64,000 nucleotides of DNA from an uncultured Bacteroidales bacterium (lineage in GTDB: Bacteria; Bacteroidota; Bacteroidia; Bacteroidales; F082): positions 1,993 through 65,992 of the forward strand of contig CAMJRR010000012.1 of assembly GCA_946408345.1 (NCBI GenBank), in the 5' to 3' direction. This document shows positions 41,296 through 49,853 of the stretch, one piece after another. Every line of letters begins with the position of its first letter. Position 1 is the stretch's first letter. The translations under genes were made by a program, and so were the position numbers. The notes under the pieces are model-generated. The model saw only the letters and a list, made by a program, of their open reading frames with translations. It made no database searches and was not told the origin of the DNA.

Positions 41296-41500
41296 GTCTA
41301 CAACATGATAGTTAGTCTATCTCGCAGGGGCGGCGGAAACAGCCCAAGACATACCGAGGGCTTTTTTTATTGCCCTCTCCGAGTAAGACCTCTGCGGTCG
41401 CCTTTCGTAACATAAAGTCCCCTCGTGGTAGACAGTCATGTTGTAGACAGCGAAACGGCGACCGCTTTCTTGTTGCCCAAACCTAAATGTCTACAACATG
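41296..41500 (+). promoter_or_regulatory. structured ~200-nt 5' leader (box / anti-box / box) occluding start codon 41498
   Basis: GTCTACAACATG occurs at 41296-41307 and 41489-41500, and the second copy contains the ATG. Its exact complement CATGTTGTAGAC lies at 41437-41448. Further helices pair 41394-41407 with 41451-41465 and 41352-41360 with 41419-41430. Confidence 0.6.
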
Positions 41501-41683
41501 CAAAATTCACAGAAGACAGCCGGAGAGACGGCGAAGACGAAGCCCGCATGGGGCGTTGTTTTAATCATCGGGATGGCGGCGGCCTGCACCATCGAAGGCA
41601 GCTTCATCGTAACGGCCATTGCAGTGGCCCTGTTCGGCCTCGGTGCCTGGCTGGGCGGTTACATGAAAGGAGGTGCGGCATGA
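41498..41683 (+). CDS. small two-TM membrane protein
   Basis: 61 aa. WGVVLIIGMAAACTI and IVTAIAVALFGLGAWLGG. Confidence 0.6.
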   Translation: MQNSQKTAGETAKTKPAWGVVLIIGMAAACTIEGSFIVTAIAVALFGLGAWLGGYMKGGAA

Positions 41684-41958
41684 CACAGCAAATGCCCCGC
41701 GCCATGCGCAAGAAAGTCCGCGTCGCCGAAGGCAAGCACCAGGGCGAGCCTACCTGCGACAACTGCGGCCTGATGACCATCGTCACCTCGGGCAGCGGCA
41801 CCCACCGCCACTGCGACCTCATGGGCCTCTACATCCCCGACTGGGAGATGTTCCCAACTTGCAGCCTACACACCTGGCAGAACCGAACCTCACGCGAGCA
41901 GGCACGACACAACTTGCGCTGGGAAACCACCATCGTCGGGGAAGGAGGTGAGAGATGA
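41680..41958 (+). CDS. hypothetical Cys/His-containing small protein
   Basis: 92 aa from ATG 41680. GGAGG-N6-ATGA junction. CDNC...HRHC. Confidence 0.55.
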   Translation: MTQQMPRAMRKKVRVAEGKHQGEPTCDNCGLMTIVTSGSGTHRHCDLMGLYIPDWEMFPTCSLHTWQNRTSREQARHNLRWETTIVGEGGER

Positions 41959-42263
41959 AACTTTTGTCAATCAGAATGCGCGAAATCCAGCCAGGCGATA
42001 TAGACGCTCCGTTGGACTTGAACACGGCCAAAAACGGATTCCATCGCACTTCGGCGTGGAAGTTTGTGGAGGACTATGAAGCAGAGGTTTACGAACATGG
42101 GCGGTTTCGCTTTGAGTCAACGCCCGACAATCCAATCTATGCCGCAGAGGGTTACAGGGGACGCGAAAACGACGGCAAGGTAATGTACTGCCTTGTTCGC
42201 CCGCACCACAAGAAAAACCAGTTCTTTTGCATTTACTTGGATAAGGAAGGAGGTGAGCAATGA
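41955..42263 (+). CDS. hypothetical protein
   Basis: 102 aa. GGAGG-N6-ATGA junction. Confidence 0.6.
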   Translation: MKLLSIRMREIQPGDIDAPLDLNTAKNGFHRTSAWKFVEDYEAEVYEHGRFRFESTPDNPIYAAEGYRGRENDGKVMYCLVRPHHKKNQFFCIYLDKEGGEQ

Positions 42264-42571
42264 GCACACTGAAGATTAGCGACATCCCGACCCTTGCCCG
42301 CTGGACGGAGGTGGGAGTGAACGAGAACGACAACGCCCTCAACGGCTACATCAGCTCTCTGAAAGACAGGATAAGCGAACTTGTATTGCTCGAAGACGAC
42401 AACGCGCCATGCGGCAACCACGAGCCTTCGCCTGAATACGTGGCTCTCAACAAGAGTTGCCGCCTGTTGGCCAACCTGCTCAGTGACCTGAAGAACATCC
42501 GCAGCGAAGTGAAGGCCGCCCGCCTCATCAACGGCACCGGCCTCAAGGTGACGAAAGGAGGTGAGGAATGA
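42260..42571 (+). CDS. hypothetical protein
   Basis: 103 aa. GGAGG-N6-ATGA junction. Confidence 0.6.
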   Translation: MSTLKISDIPTLARWTEVGVNENDNALNGYISSLKDRISELVLLEDDNAPCGNHEPSPEYVALNKSCRLLANLLSDLKNIRSEVKAARLINGTGLKVTKGGEE

Positions 42572-42771
42572 TGACCAAGCTCGAAGTCACCGTCTTCATG
42601 GCCGAATGGGTGGCTAACCTCGAAACGCAGCGCGAAGCCCTTCAGGTGATGATCGACCAAGGCAAGCAGTTCATCACGGAATTGCAGGAAGATTCGGGTT
42701 GCAACATTGCAACCTGTCGACAAACGGAACGGAAATTGTATATTTGCAGCAAGAAAGGACAAAAAAAATGA
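42568..42771 (+). CDS. hypothetical protein
   Basis: 67 aa. GGAGG-N6-ATGA junction. Its 3' end contains the next promoter box. Confidence 0.55.
   Translation: MMTKLEVTVFMAEWVANLETQREALQVMIDQGKQFITELQEDSGCNIATCRQTERKLYICSKKGQKK
42739..42746 (+). promoter_or_regulatory. -7 promoter box, copy 1 of a duplicated promoter-leader
   Basis: The 24-nt TTGTATATTTGCAGCAAGAAAGGA (42736-42759) matches 42924-42947 with 2 mismatches. Confidence 0.5.
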
Positions 42772-42908
42772 TTGAAATCATCGTCATAGCAGCATTCGTC
42801 ATCATTATCTGGCGTGAAATAAGGAAAGAGGACAAAGACCCCTCTTATCGCTCGTGGATGGATGGCAGTCATTGGGACCACTGGAATCACAGGGAATACG
42901 GTGACTGA
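42768..42908 (+). CDS. small single-TM protein (46 aa)
   Basis: MIEIIVIAAFVIIIW, followed by a charged, His/Trp-rich tail. Confidence 0.5.
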   Translation: MIEIIVIAAFVIIIWREIRKEDKDPSYRSWMDGSHWDHWNHREYGD

Positions 42909-42926
42909 CAATGACGGAAAAAGTTG

Positions 42927-42934
42927 TATGTTTG
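42927..42934 (+). promoter_or_regulatory. -7 promoter box, copy 2 of the duplicated promoter-leader
   Basis: TATGTTTG within TTGTATGTTTGCGGCAAGAAAGGA. Confidence 0.5.
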
Positions 42935-42957
42935 CGGCAAGAAAGGAGATACAAAAA

Positions 42958-43188
42958 ATGTGGGCATTCGTTGATATAGGATTTGCGGGCGGCATCGTAG
43001 CCATCATCCTGTTTGTGGTTTGGGCGATAAAAGATTATCGCGAGCATAAGCCCGTCAAACCTCATGACTATGCCCACGACAAAGAGTTCCAAAAGTATAT
43101 CGAAGAAGAATCGGCCAAGGTAGACGAATTCTATAACAAGGTCAAGGCTGATTGGGAAAAGAAGTACGGTCGTTCTTGGGACGAATAG
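42958..43188 (+). CDS. small single-TM protein (76 aa)
   Basis: MWAFVDIGFAGGIVAIILFVVWAI, followed by a charged tail. Confidence 0.55.
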   Translation: MWAFVDIGFAGGIVAIILFVVWAIKDYREHKPVKPHDYAHDKEFQKYIEEESAKVDEFYNKVKADWEKKYGRSWDE

Positions 43189-43215
43189 GAAAGACTTCCT
43201 TTTTTTTGTCACTGC

Positions 43216-43257
43216 AAAATAAGGTTTGGCGCATAGTTTTGCGTCAAACCTTATTTT
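43216..43257 (+). terminator. 13-bp perfect stem-loop abutting the tape-measure start codon
   Basis: AAAATAAGGTTTG (43216-43228) pairs with CAAACCTTATTTT (43245-43257). The ATG is at 43259. Confidence 0.6.
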
Positions 43258-43258
43258 T

Positions 43259-46200
43259 ATGGCAGACAATAGAGATACTTTTGTTTCCGAGATTTACGTC
43301 AACAACGAGCAGGCCAACGATGCCATTGCCGAGATGACAAAGCAGCTTACCAAGCTGACCGACAAATACGACGACCTTGCGGCAAAGAACGAGATACTGG
43401 CCGCGAAAACAAACAAGGCCAAGGCCGCGATGGAAGAAACGGCCAAGGCCTTGGAGGGGATGAAGGAAGGCACCGAGGAATACGCCAAGACTTCGAAGAA
43501 ACTCAAAGAACAGGAAAAGGCATACAACGACCTTGCCAAGAAACTCGAAATCAGCAAGCACAAGACCGACCAGGCGAAGCGTGAGATGGATTCGATGCAA
43601 GAGAGTATCAAGAGGGCTGACGATGGTGTCAAGAAGTTCGGCAAAGCCATGGAAAACCTTACTGGGAAAAGCATGGAGAACCTTGTGAGGATGCAGCGCC
43701 AGTTGAGATCGGAACTTGACAAGACGAAACCCAATACCAAGGAATGGGACGAATTGGCCAAGAAATACCAGCAGGTGACTGCCGAAATGAAGCGGCTTGA
43801 AGCAGTCCAAAGCGGTGTTGTGATAAAACAGCAGGGATGGCTGCAAAGGCTTAACGGCGTTTCGAGTGCCTTCCTTTTCCTCGGTCAGGCTGCGAGGACT
43901 GCTATTGCACTTGCGCGCCGCTTCGCCGATGCCTACAAGACCATCTCCAACTTCGAGCAGGCCAACGCCAACCTTTCCACCATCCTCGGCGTAAACCGCG
44001 ACCAGATGAAGGCTTTGGAGGATGCCGCCCTTGAACTGGGCAGCACCACGCGCTACACGGCCTCGGAGGTGACCAACCTGCAAACCGAGTTGGCCAAGTT
44101 GGGTTTCACACAGAAGGAAATCCTCGACATGGGCCCGTCGGTGCTGAACTTCGCCACGGCGGTGGGAACCGACTTGGCGAGTGCGGCGGCAATGGCGGGT
44201 GTGGCCTTGCGCTCGTTTGAGATGCAAAGCGACCAGACCGAAGACGTGCTGGGCACGATGGCGGTGGCCTGCAACAAATCGGCGCTTTCCTTTGAATATT
44301 TGCAAAACGCCTTCAGCACCATTGCGCCAGTGGCGAAGAGCTACGGCCTCGGCTTGAAGGACACGGTGGCCCTGTTGGGCACCTTGGCCAATGCCGGATT
44401 CGACGCCAGCAGCGCGGCCACGGCAACGAGAAACATCCTTTTGAAGATGGTGAACACCAACGGCGAATTGGCGAAGAGTCTCGGCGGATCGGTGAAGACA
44501 TTCGACGACATCATGGACGGGATGATCAAGTTGCGCGATTCGGGACTTGACCTTGCCGGAGCTTTCGAGCTTACCGACCAAAGGAGCGTTTCGGCCTTCA
44601 GCACCTTCCTTCGCGGCGCGGAGAGCGCGAAGGAGCTGCGGGCATCCATCGATGACGTGAACGGCGCGTTGGCGGCCACCGCCGAAGTGCGTGCCGACAC
44701 GGTTGAAGGTGCCATTGCAGGACTGCAAAGCGCATGGGAGGGATTCATCTTGAGTTTCCGCAACTCATCGGGCACGGTGAAGGAGATGATTAAGACCCTG
44801 ACGGAGATTGTGCGCAAGTTGCCGCAATACTCCGACGGCATTGTGAAGGTGACGCAGGCGGTTGTGATTGTGGTGGCCGCAATCAAAACGTGGACTTTGT
44901 TGGAAAAGGCAAAGAACGCAGTGGTGGCGGCGGGAAGCAAACTGGCTGCCGCAAGGGTGGTGATAGTGGAATCGGTGCGGCTGGCCTACTTCAAGCTGAC
45001 AGGCAACACCATAAAAGCCGCCGCAGCGCAAACGGCATTGAACACGGCTATGGCGGCCAACCCCTTCGGAGCGGTAGTGGCCATTGTGGGAGTGCTGTCG
45101 GTGGCTATCAGCCGCTTGGTGGGCAGGCAGCGTGAGGCCACGGAACAGACAGATGCCTTGGCTGAAGCCGAGAAACGCGCCAACGAGGAATACGGCGAAC
45201 AGGCGGGCAAGGTTCGCGCCTTGACTTCCATTGTCGAAAACAACAATATCGCTCTCGGCGAGCGCAAGAAAGCCCTTGAGGAACTGAAAAGCATCGTTCC
45301 TGGTTACCACGGCGACCTGACCGAAGAAGGCAGACTTATAAATTCCAACAAAGAAGCCATCGACGAGTACTGCAAGAGCCTCCGTGAGCAAATCCGGCTA
45401 GAAGCCCGCAAGGAAAAACTCGTTGAATTGGAGAAACAAATTGCCGAGCTTGAAGACCAAAAAGCAGATGCGCAGGAAAGGCAGCATCAGGCCTTGGTGG
45501 AATCGGGCGGCGACCATACTGAAATACAGTGGAAGAAAGCGCCTCTGCTTGGAAAAAACGCAAAGAAGGGAAAATTCACTCCTTATGGACAAGCCAAAAA
45601 AGACGAAGCTGACATTGACAAACTGCTTGCGCCTTTGTATGAGCAGGAGAAAAAGATTAGCGAAAAAATCGGCAAGATATTCACCGACCCGATTGACAAA
45701 GTCATGGCTGAATACGAGGCCATGTTTGACCAAATCCGAAAGGAAAGCGTCGACAACCCCAAGGCCGCCAACGAGGAAATCAACCGCCTGCGGGAGGAAC
45801 GAGACCTGAAAATCGCGGAACTAAAGAAAACGGCTGATGAAACCAAGAAAGTGGTTTCGGAAGAAAACGCCATCCTCACCCAAGCCCAGTTCGATTTCCT
45901 TGAAGGCCGTTACGACAAACTCACCAAGAAAGAGAAAGCGATGGTGGATGCCGGATATGCCACCCTTTCGGATGAGGACTCCAAAGCCCTCAAAGCGCGA
46001 TATGACAAGCTGATGAAGGCCGACAACAAGGCCGCCGACCAACGCTACCAAGCCGACATGAAAAGCATCGAGCAACACCAACGCGCCGAACAGAACCTTA
46101 TCAACGCCCAGTTCTTTAACCGCGATATTACAGCAGAGCAACACGAGGAGAAACTGGTGGAAATCAAGGTGAAGTATCTGGAGGAGAAGAAGGCCCTTGC

Positions 46201-47728
46201 CGAGAGATACGGCCAAGACACCAGCACCATCGAGGAACAGCTGCTGGCCGCAGAGGTGGCACGCCACAAGTTCTACTACGACAAAGAGATGAAGCTGTGC
46301 GAGAAACGCTGGATGGAGGAAGAGATTGGGCTGAGGCAGCAACTGTCGGCCAACGCCATTACACAGGAGGAGTTCGACAAGCGTATGCTCGAAAACAAGG
46401 AGAAACACCTGCGTGAGCAGCAAGAATTGGCCTTGGGCTACAACCAGGACGGCAGCGGCATACAGCTGAAGGATATCGAAGCTCGGCAGAAGGAGGAGGA
46501 ACGCGCCCTGAAGCAGAGACTTATGTCACAGAAGGTGACGCAAGAGGAATACGACCGCCAGATGCTCGAAACCAAGCTGAAATACCTGCAACAGCGTCTC
46601 CAGCTTGCCCGTCAGGGCGGACAGGACGAAACCGCCATCCTTCAGGAGATCCTGGCAGCCCAGGTGGAAGCCGAGGAACTGGCCATGAAGCAGATGGCGA
46701 AGCTGAAGGAAGACGCGAAGAAGGTCATCGCCGGACTTGACCCTTCCTCAGCACGCAAGTCGGAACTGGAAGAGCAACTGAAGCAGCTGCAAGTGCTGCA
46801 CGATGCCAAGCTGCTTTCAGAGGAACAATTTAGGAAAGCCGTAAAGAGACTAAACAAACAGTATGACTCAGATGAACTGAAGGAGAGATTGGCCAACGTA
46901 CGGAATTACGCCGAGCTGTCCAACAGCGTTATGTCAGAAGCCTCCAACTTCGTCACCGCCCTGAAAGAAGCCGAATCGGCGCAACTGGAAGCCGAATATC
47001 AGAAGCAACTCACGGCAGCGGGCGACAATGCCGAAAAGCGCGAGCAAATCGAGGCAGAATACGAGCAGAAGAAGCTCGACCTGCAAAAGAAGTATGCCGA
47101 CACGGAGATGGTGATCAACATCGCCAAGACCGTGGCCAACGGTGCGGCTGCCGCCGTGAAGGCTTATTTGGACGGTGGCGTGTTCGCAGGCCCTGTTTTG
47201 GCTGCTTTGGTCGCCGCCACCACTGCCGCCGAGGTGGCCACCATCGTCGCGCAACGCAACGCTATCAAGAATGCGAGCGTCAGCAGCGGTGGAGGCTCTT
47301 CGTCGGCTCCCACGACAGGCGAACGCAAGATGACCGGCTACGGAGATGGCGGGTTTACGGACCGTGCGGCCAACGACCACAAGGTTGTGGGCGTGGTCCA
47401 TGCCAACGAGTATGTCGCTCCAGCGTGGATGGTGAGGGAAAACCCTACCGTGTTCGCCAACTTGGAGCAATACCGCAAGAACGGAAGCCACGGTCGCAGC
47501 GGCTCAGTGAGCCAGGGCTTCGCCGATGGTGGCTTCACCCTCGGCAACGGCGGTGGCCTTGGCGGTGCCATAGGCGCACAGCCCGACATCGAAGCCGCCG
47601 TGGAGGCTGCCATCCGCCGCGTGATGGCCGACGGTGCCATCCGCGCCTATCTGGTCCGCAAAGACCTCACTGAACTCGATAACCAAACCCAACGCTTCAA
47701 AAAACAAACTTCAAGATGGAACTCGTAA
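43259..47728 (+). CDS. tail tape measure protein
   Basis: 1489 aa from ATG 43259. Long coiled-coil stretches, central hydrophobic segments and a Gly-rich C-terminus. Confidence 0.85.
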   Translation: MADNRDTFVSEIYVNNEQANDAIAEMTKQLTKLTDKYDDLAAKNEILAAKTNKAKAAMEETAKALEGMKEGTEEYAKTSKKLKEQEKAYNDLAKKLEISKHKTDQAKREMDSMQESIKRADDGVKKFGKAMENLTGKSMENLVRMQRQLRSELDKTKPNTKEWDELAKKYQQVTAEMKRLEAVQSGVVIKQQGWLQRLNGVSSAFLFLGQAARTAIALARRFADAYKTISNFEQANANLSTILGVNRDQMKALEDAALELGSTTRYTASEVTNLQTELAKLGFTQKEILDMGPSVLNFATAVGTDLASAAAMAGVALRSFEMQSDQTEDVLGTMAVACNKSALSFEYLQNAFSTIAPVAKSYGLGLKDTVALLGTLANAGFDASSAATATRNILLKMVNTNGELAKSLGGSVKTFDDIMDGMIKLRDSGLDLAGAFELTDQRSVSAFSTFLRGAESAKELRASIDDVNGALAATAEVRADTVEGAIAGLQSAWEGFILSFRNSSGTVKEMIKTLTEIVRKLPQYSDGIVKVTQAVVIVVAAIKTWTLLEKAKNAVVAAGSKLAAARVVIVESVRLAYFKLTGNTIKAAAAQTALNTAMAANPFGAVVAIVGVLSVAISRLVGRQREATEQTDALAEAEKRANEEYGEQAGKVRALTSIVENNNIALGERKKALEELKSIVPGYHGDLTEEGRLINSNKEAIDEYCKSLREQIRLEARKEKLVELEKQIAELEDQKADAQERQHQALVESGGDHTEIQWKKAPLLGKNAKKGKFTPYGQAKKDEADIDKLLAPLYEQEKKISEKIGKIFTDPIDKVMAEYEAMFDQIRKESVDNPKAANEEINRLREERDLKIAELKKTADETKKVVSEENAILTQAQFDFLEGRYDKLTKKEKAMVDAGYATLSDEDSKALKARYDKLMKADNKAADQRYQADMKSIEQHQRAEQNLINAQFFNRDITAEQHEEKLVEIKVKYLEEKKALAERYGQDTSTIEEQLLAAEVARHKFYYDKEMKLCEKRWMEEEIGLRQQLSANAITQEEFDKRMLENKEKHLREQQELALGYNQDGSGIQLKDIEARQKEEERALKQRLMSQKVTQEEYDRQMLETKLKYLQQRLQLARQGGQDETAILQEILAAQVEAEELAMKQMAKLKEDAKKVIAGLDPSSARKSELEEQLKQLQVLHDAKLLSEEQFRKAVKRLNKQYDSDELKERLANVRNYAELSNSVMSEASNFVTALKEAESAQLEAEYQKQLTAAGDNAEKREQIEAEYEQKKLDLQKKYADTEMVINIAKTVANGAAAAVKAYLDGGVFAGPVLAALVAATTAAEVATIVAQRNAIKNASVSSGGGSSSAPTTGERKMTGYGDGGFTDRAANDHKVVGVVHANEYVAPAWMVRENPTVFANLEQYRKNGSHGRSGSVSQGFADGGFTLGNGGGLGGAIGAQPDIEAAVEAAIRRVMADGAIRAYLVRKDLTELDNQTQRFKKQTSRWNS

Positions 47729-49809
47729 CTGAAAACGGAAAACTCGACCTGCCCCGCGACTTTTCTCTGAATATGGAACGCACCAACCCGCTCCTTTCGG
47801 GCGAAGGCGATGCCAGCGTCCCGGCTACGCTGCCTTCCTCATCAAGGAACCTGGCAGCTCTCGGTCACCGCGAACGCATCGACCGCGCTGACCGATATAT
47901 AAATAAGGTAGATGCCATTCTTCAGGTCGGTCCCGTACAAAAGCGAGGACAGTTGGTCATCGACACCTTGCACCGTCACGATGGCATAGATGCCTCGTTT
48001 GCCATCGACAGCAGCGACCTCTACGTGAAATCGAAGTCGAAGACGCTGAAAGAGATATTTGCTGATGCCGTTTATGAAGCCGTCAACCATGAGGATTTCG
48101 GCACTCTGGCCGCTGCCATGACTAGGATGCAAGCCATATATGGTGGCAACGATACCTACGACTACACAATCTTCCCAGTGGCCATCGCAAAATACGAGAC
48201 CGAAAGTAACGGCACGAAGACGGAACACTACCAGTACAACAACGAGGATGACGGCTCGCACAACTTGGTCTATCAGGCACGCACCGTGCATGAAGGAGAT
48301 GTCCTTATGAGTGTTCCAGCCGGTTACGGCATTGCGCCCTTCCTAAAGCTGCACCGTTTGATGGCTCGTTTGTTTGAGGCGATGGGCTACACCGTGGTCT
48401 CAAACTGCTTCGCCGAAACGCCTTTTTCCAACCTGACCATCGTGCACAACTGCTCCGACTGCATTTGCAACCCGTCAGTCACCTTATATTATAAGGATAT
48501 GGCGCCGAGTTGCACAATGAGTGAGTTCCTTGAATGGTTGTTGGCCAAGTTCCACGCCCAACCGGTGGTGAACAGCGAGACCAAACAGGTGAAAATCGTA
48601 CTGATGGAAGATATGCTTGGCGCATCAACCGACATCGATATCAGCGGCAAAGTGGAAGGAGAATTCTCCGTCCAGCTCAATCCCACGAAGCGCATAGTGC
48701 TGACACCGACCAACAGCATTGAAGGCACTGAACCTGCCGCCGAGAGCTTCGAGGAACTGGTGGCCAGGTATGGAGGATTTGTGGAAGTGGATGAGGATGG
48801 GTATGATTCTCTTGAAGGCAATAACCCGGTCTGCAACGACTGCCTTGTGCTTCGGAAGACCACAGGACAATTCTACTCCCTCAACTACGACATCTCAACG
48901 AATTTGCAGAAGCGCGAGCTGAAAGGCACCAACCATTTCATCTACGACAGGAAAAACAGTGACGAGACGGAGGATTTCAGCCAGAACGATGTGATGCCGC
49001 TGATGTTGGCTGGTGTAGAGCGCAAGAGAGAGGTTTGCCCTTTCATCGGCGAAAGGCTTCATTACCACACCTCCTACGAAGGCAAGAAAGAAGACGACAA
49101 ACAGGACATCATTGTCGTGCAAAAGGTGTACAATAACCTTTTTGCTAACCCAACCACCGGCACCACGCAGAAATACATCCCTTACGCTGTAGCGCAATCA
49201 GGCTCAAACGGCATGGACCTCGACCTAGGGTTGACCAATTTTATGGCTTACAAGTACTTTTGGCAGGCTTACAATAATCTACTGCTGAACAACCTAACGA
49301 GGCTGAAAGGGAGGGTGGACTACGACTTAGGCGAGTTTCTCGGCATCGACATGAGCCGTCCGAAATTCTGCAACGGGCAAAAGCTAATCCCAGTGTCGGC
49401 AGCGGCAGTCTTGGGCGACCATTTTGGATTGAGCGATACCGAGTTCTTGTTGGTGAAGTCCTTTGTTGACGGCATTTACGATACTGAAATTGAGCCTATA
49501 CAAGGCAATGGGTTAAAGTGGAGTGCGTCCGACAACGTGGAAGATATCGCCCGCGAGCTATATGCCAACGAAATCGCCTTGCCCAATGGTGCTACCCAAT
49601 ATGTAAGTTATGAGTTCTCATTGAATGAAAGCTTATCACCTGGAATGCCGTCATACCTTAACGAAGTCAGAACTGTATCAGTGCAAGCGAGTATTACTAT
49701 TCATTACAGAGAGAGAGAGATAGAAGGCGGTCAAGTCCATTGGACAAACGAATTCGAAATCTTCAACAACCAAACCGTCACCGTCACCTTCACGGCCGTG
49801 CCAGCATAA
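47716..49809 (+). CDS. tail protein (distal tail / baseplate, by position)
   Basis: 697-aa ORF overlapping the tape-measure gene end. Confidence 0.6.
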   Translation: MELVTENGKLDLPRDFSLNMERTNPLLSGEGDASVPATLPSSSRNLAALGHRERIDRADRYINKVDAILQVGPVQKRGQLVIDTLHRHDGIDASFAIDSSDLYVKSKSKTLKEIFADAVYEAVNHEDFGTLAAAMTRMQAIYGGNDTYDYTIFPVAIAKYETESNGTKTEHYQYNNEDDGSHNLVYQARTVHEGDVLMSVPAGYGIAPFLKLHRLMARLFEAMGYTVVSNCFAETPFSNLTIVHNCSDCICNPSVTLYYKDMAPSCTMSEFLEWLLAKFHAQPVVNSETKQVKIVLMEDMLGASTDIDISGKVEGEFSVQLNPTKRIVLTPTNSIEGTEPAAESFEELVARYGGFVEVDEDGYDSLEGNNPVCNDCLVLRKTTGQFYSLNYDISTNLQKRELKGTNHFIYDRKNSDETEDFSQNDVMPLMLAGVERKREVCPFIGERLHYHTSYEGKKEDDKQDIIVVQKVYNNLFANPTTGTTQKYIPYAVAQSGSNGMDLDLGLTNFMAYKYFWQAYNNLLLNNLTRLKGRVDYDLGEFLGIDMSRPKFCNGQKLIPVSAAAVLGDHFGLSDTEFLLVKSFVDGIYDTEIEPIQGNGLKWSASDNVEDIARELYANEIALPNGATQYVSYEFSLNESLSPGMPSYLNEVRTVSVQASITIHYREREIEGGQVHWTNEFEIFNNQTVTVTFTAVPA

Positions 49810-49853
49810 AATGTCACTCGTTTCAAAAACAACCAAAATATCTTTACTACATC

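Noticed and set aside
40262-43259. Tail assembly chaperone pair with programmed -1 frameshift upstream of the tape measure gene
   Set aside because: No overlapping ORF pair with a slippery heptamer was found. The interval instead holds membrane proteins and the SD-coupled small-gene operon.
43244-44728. 494-aa reverse-strand ORF
   Set aside because: It is antisense to the tape measure gene. Its composition (R/G/H/L-rich) is typical of the shadow frame of a G+C-rich coding strand.
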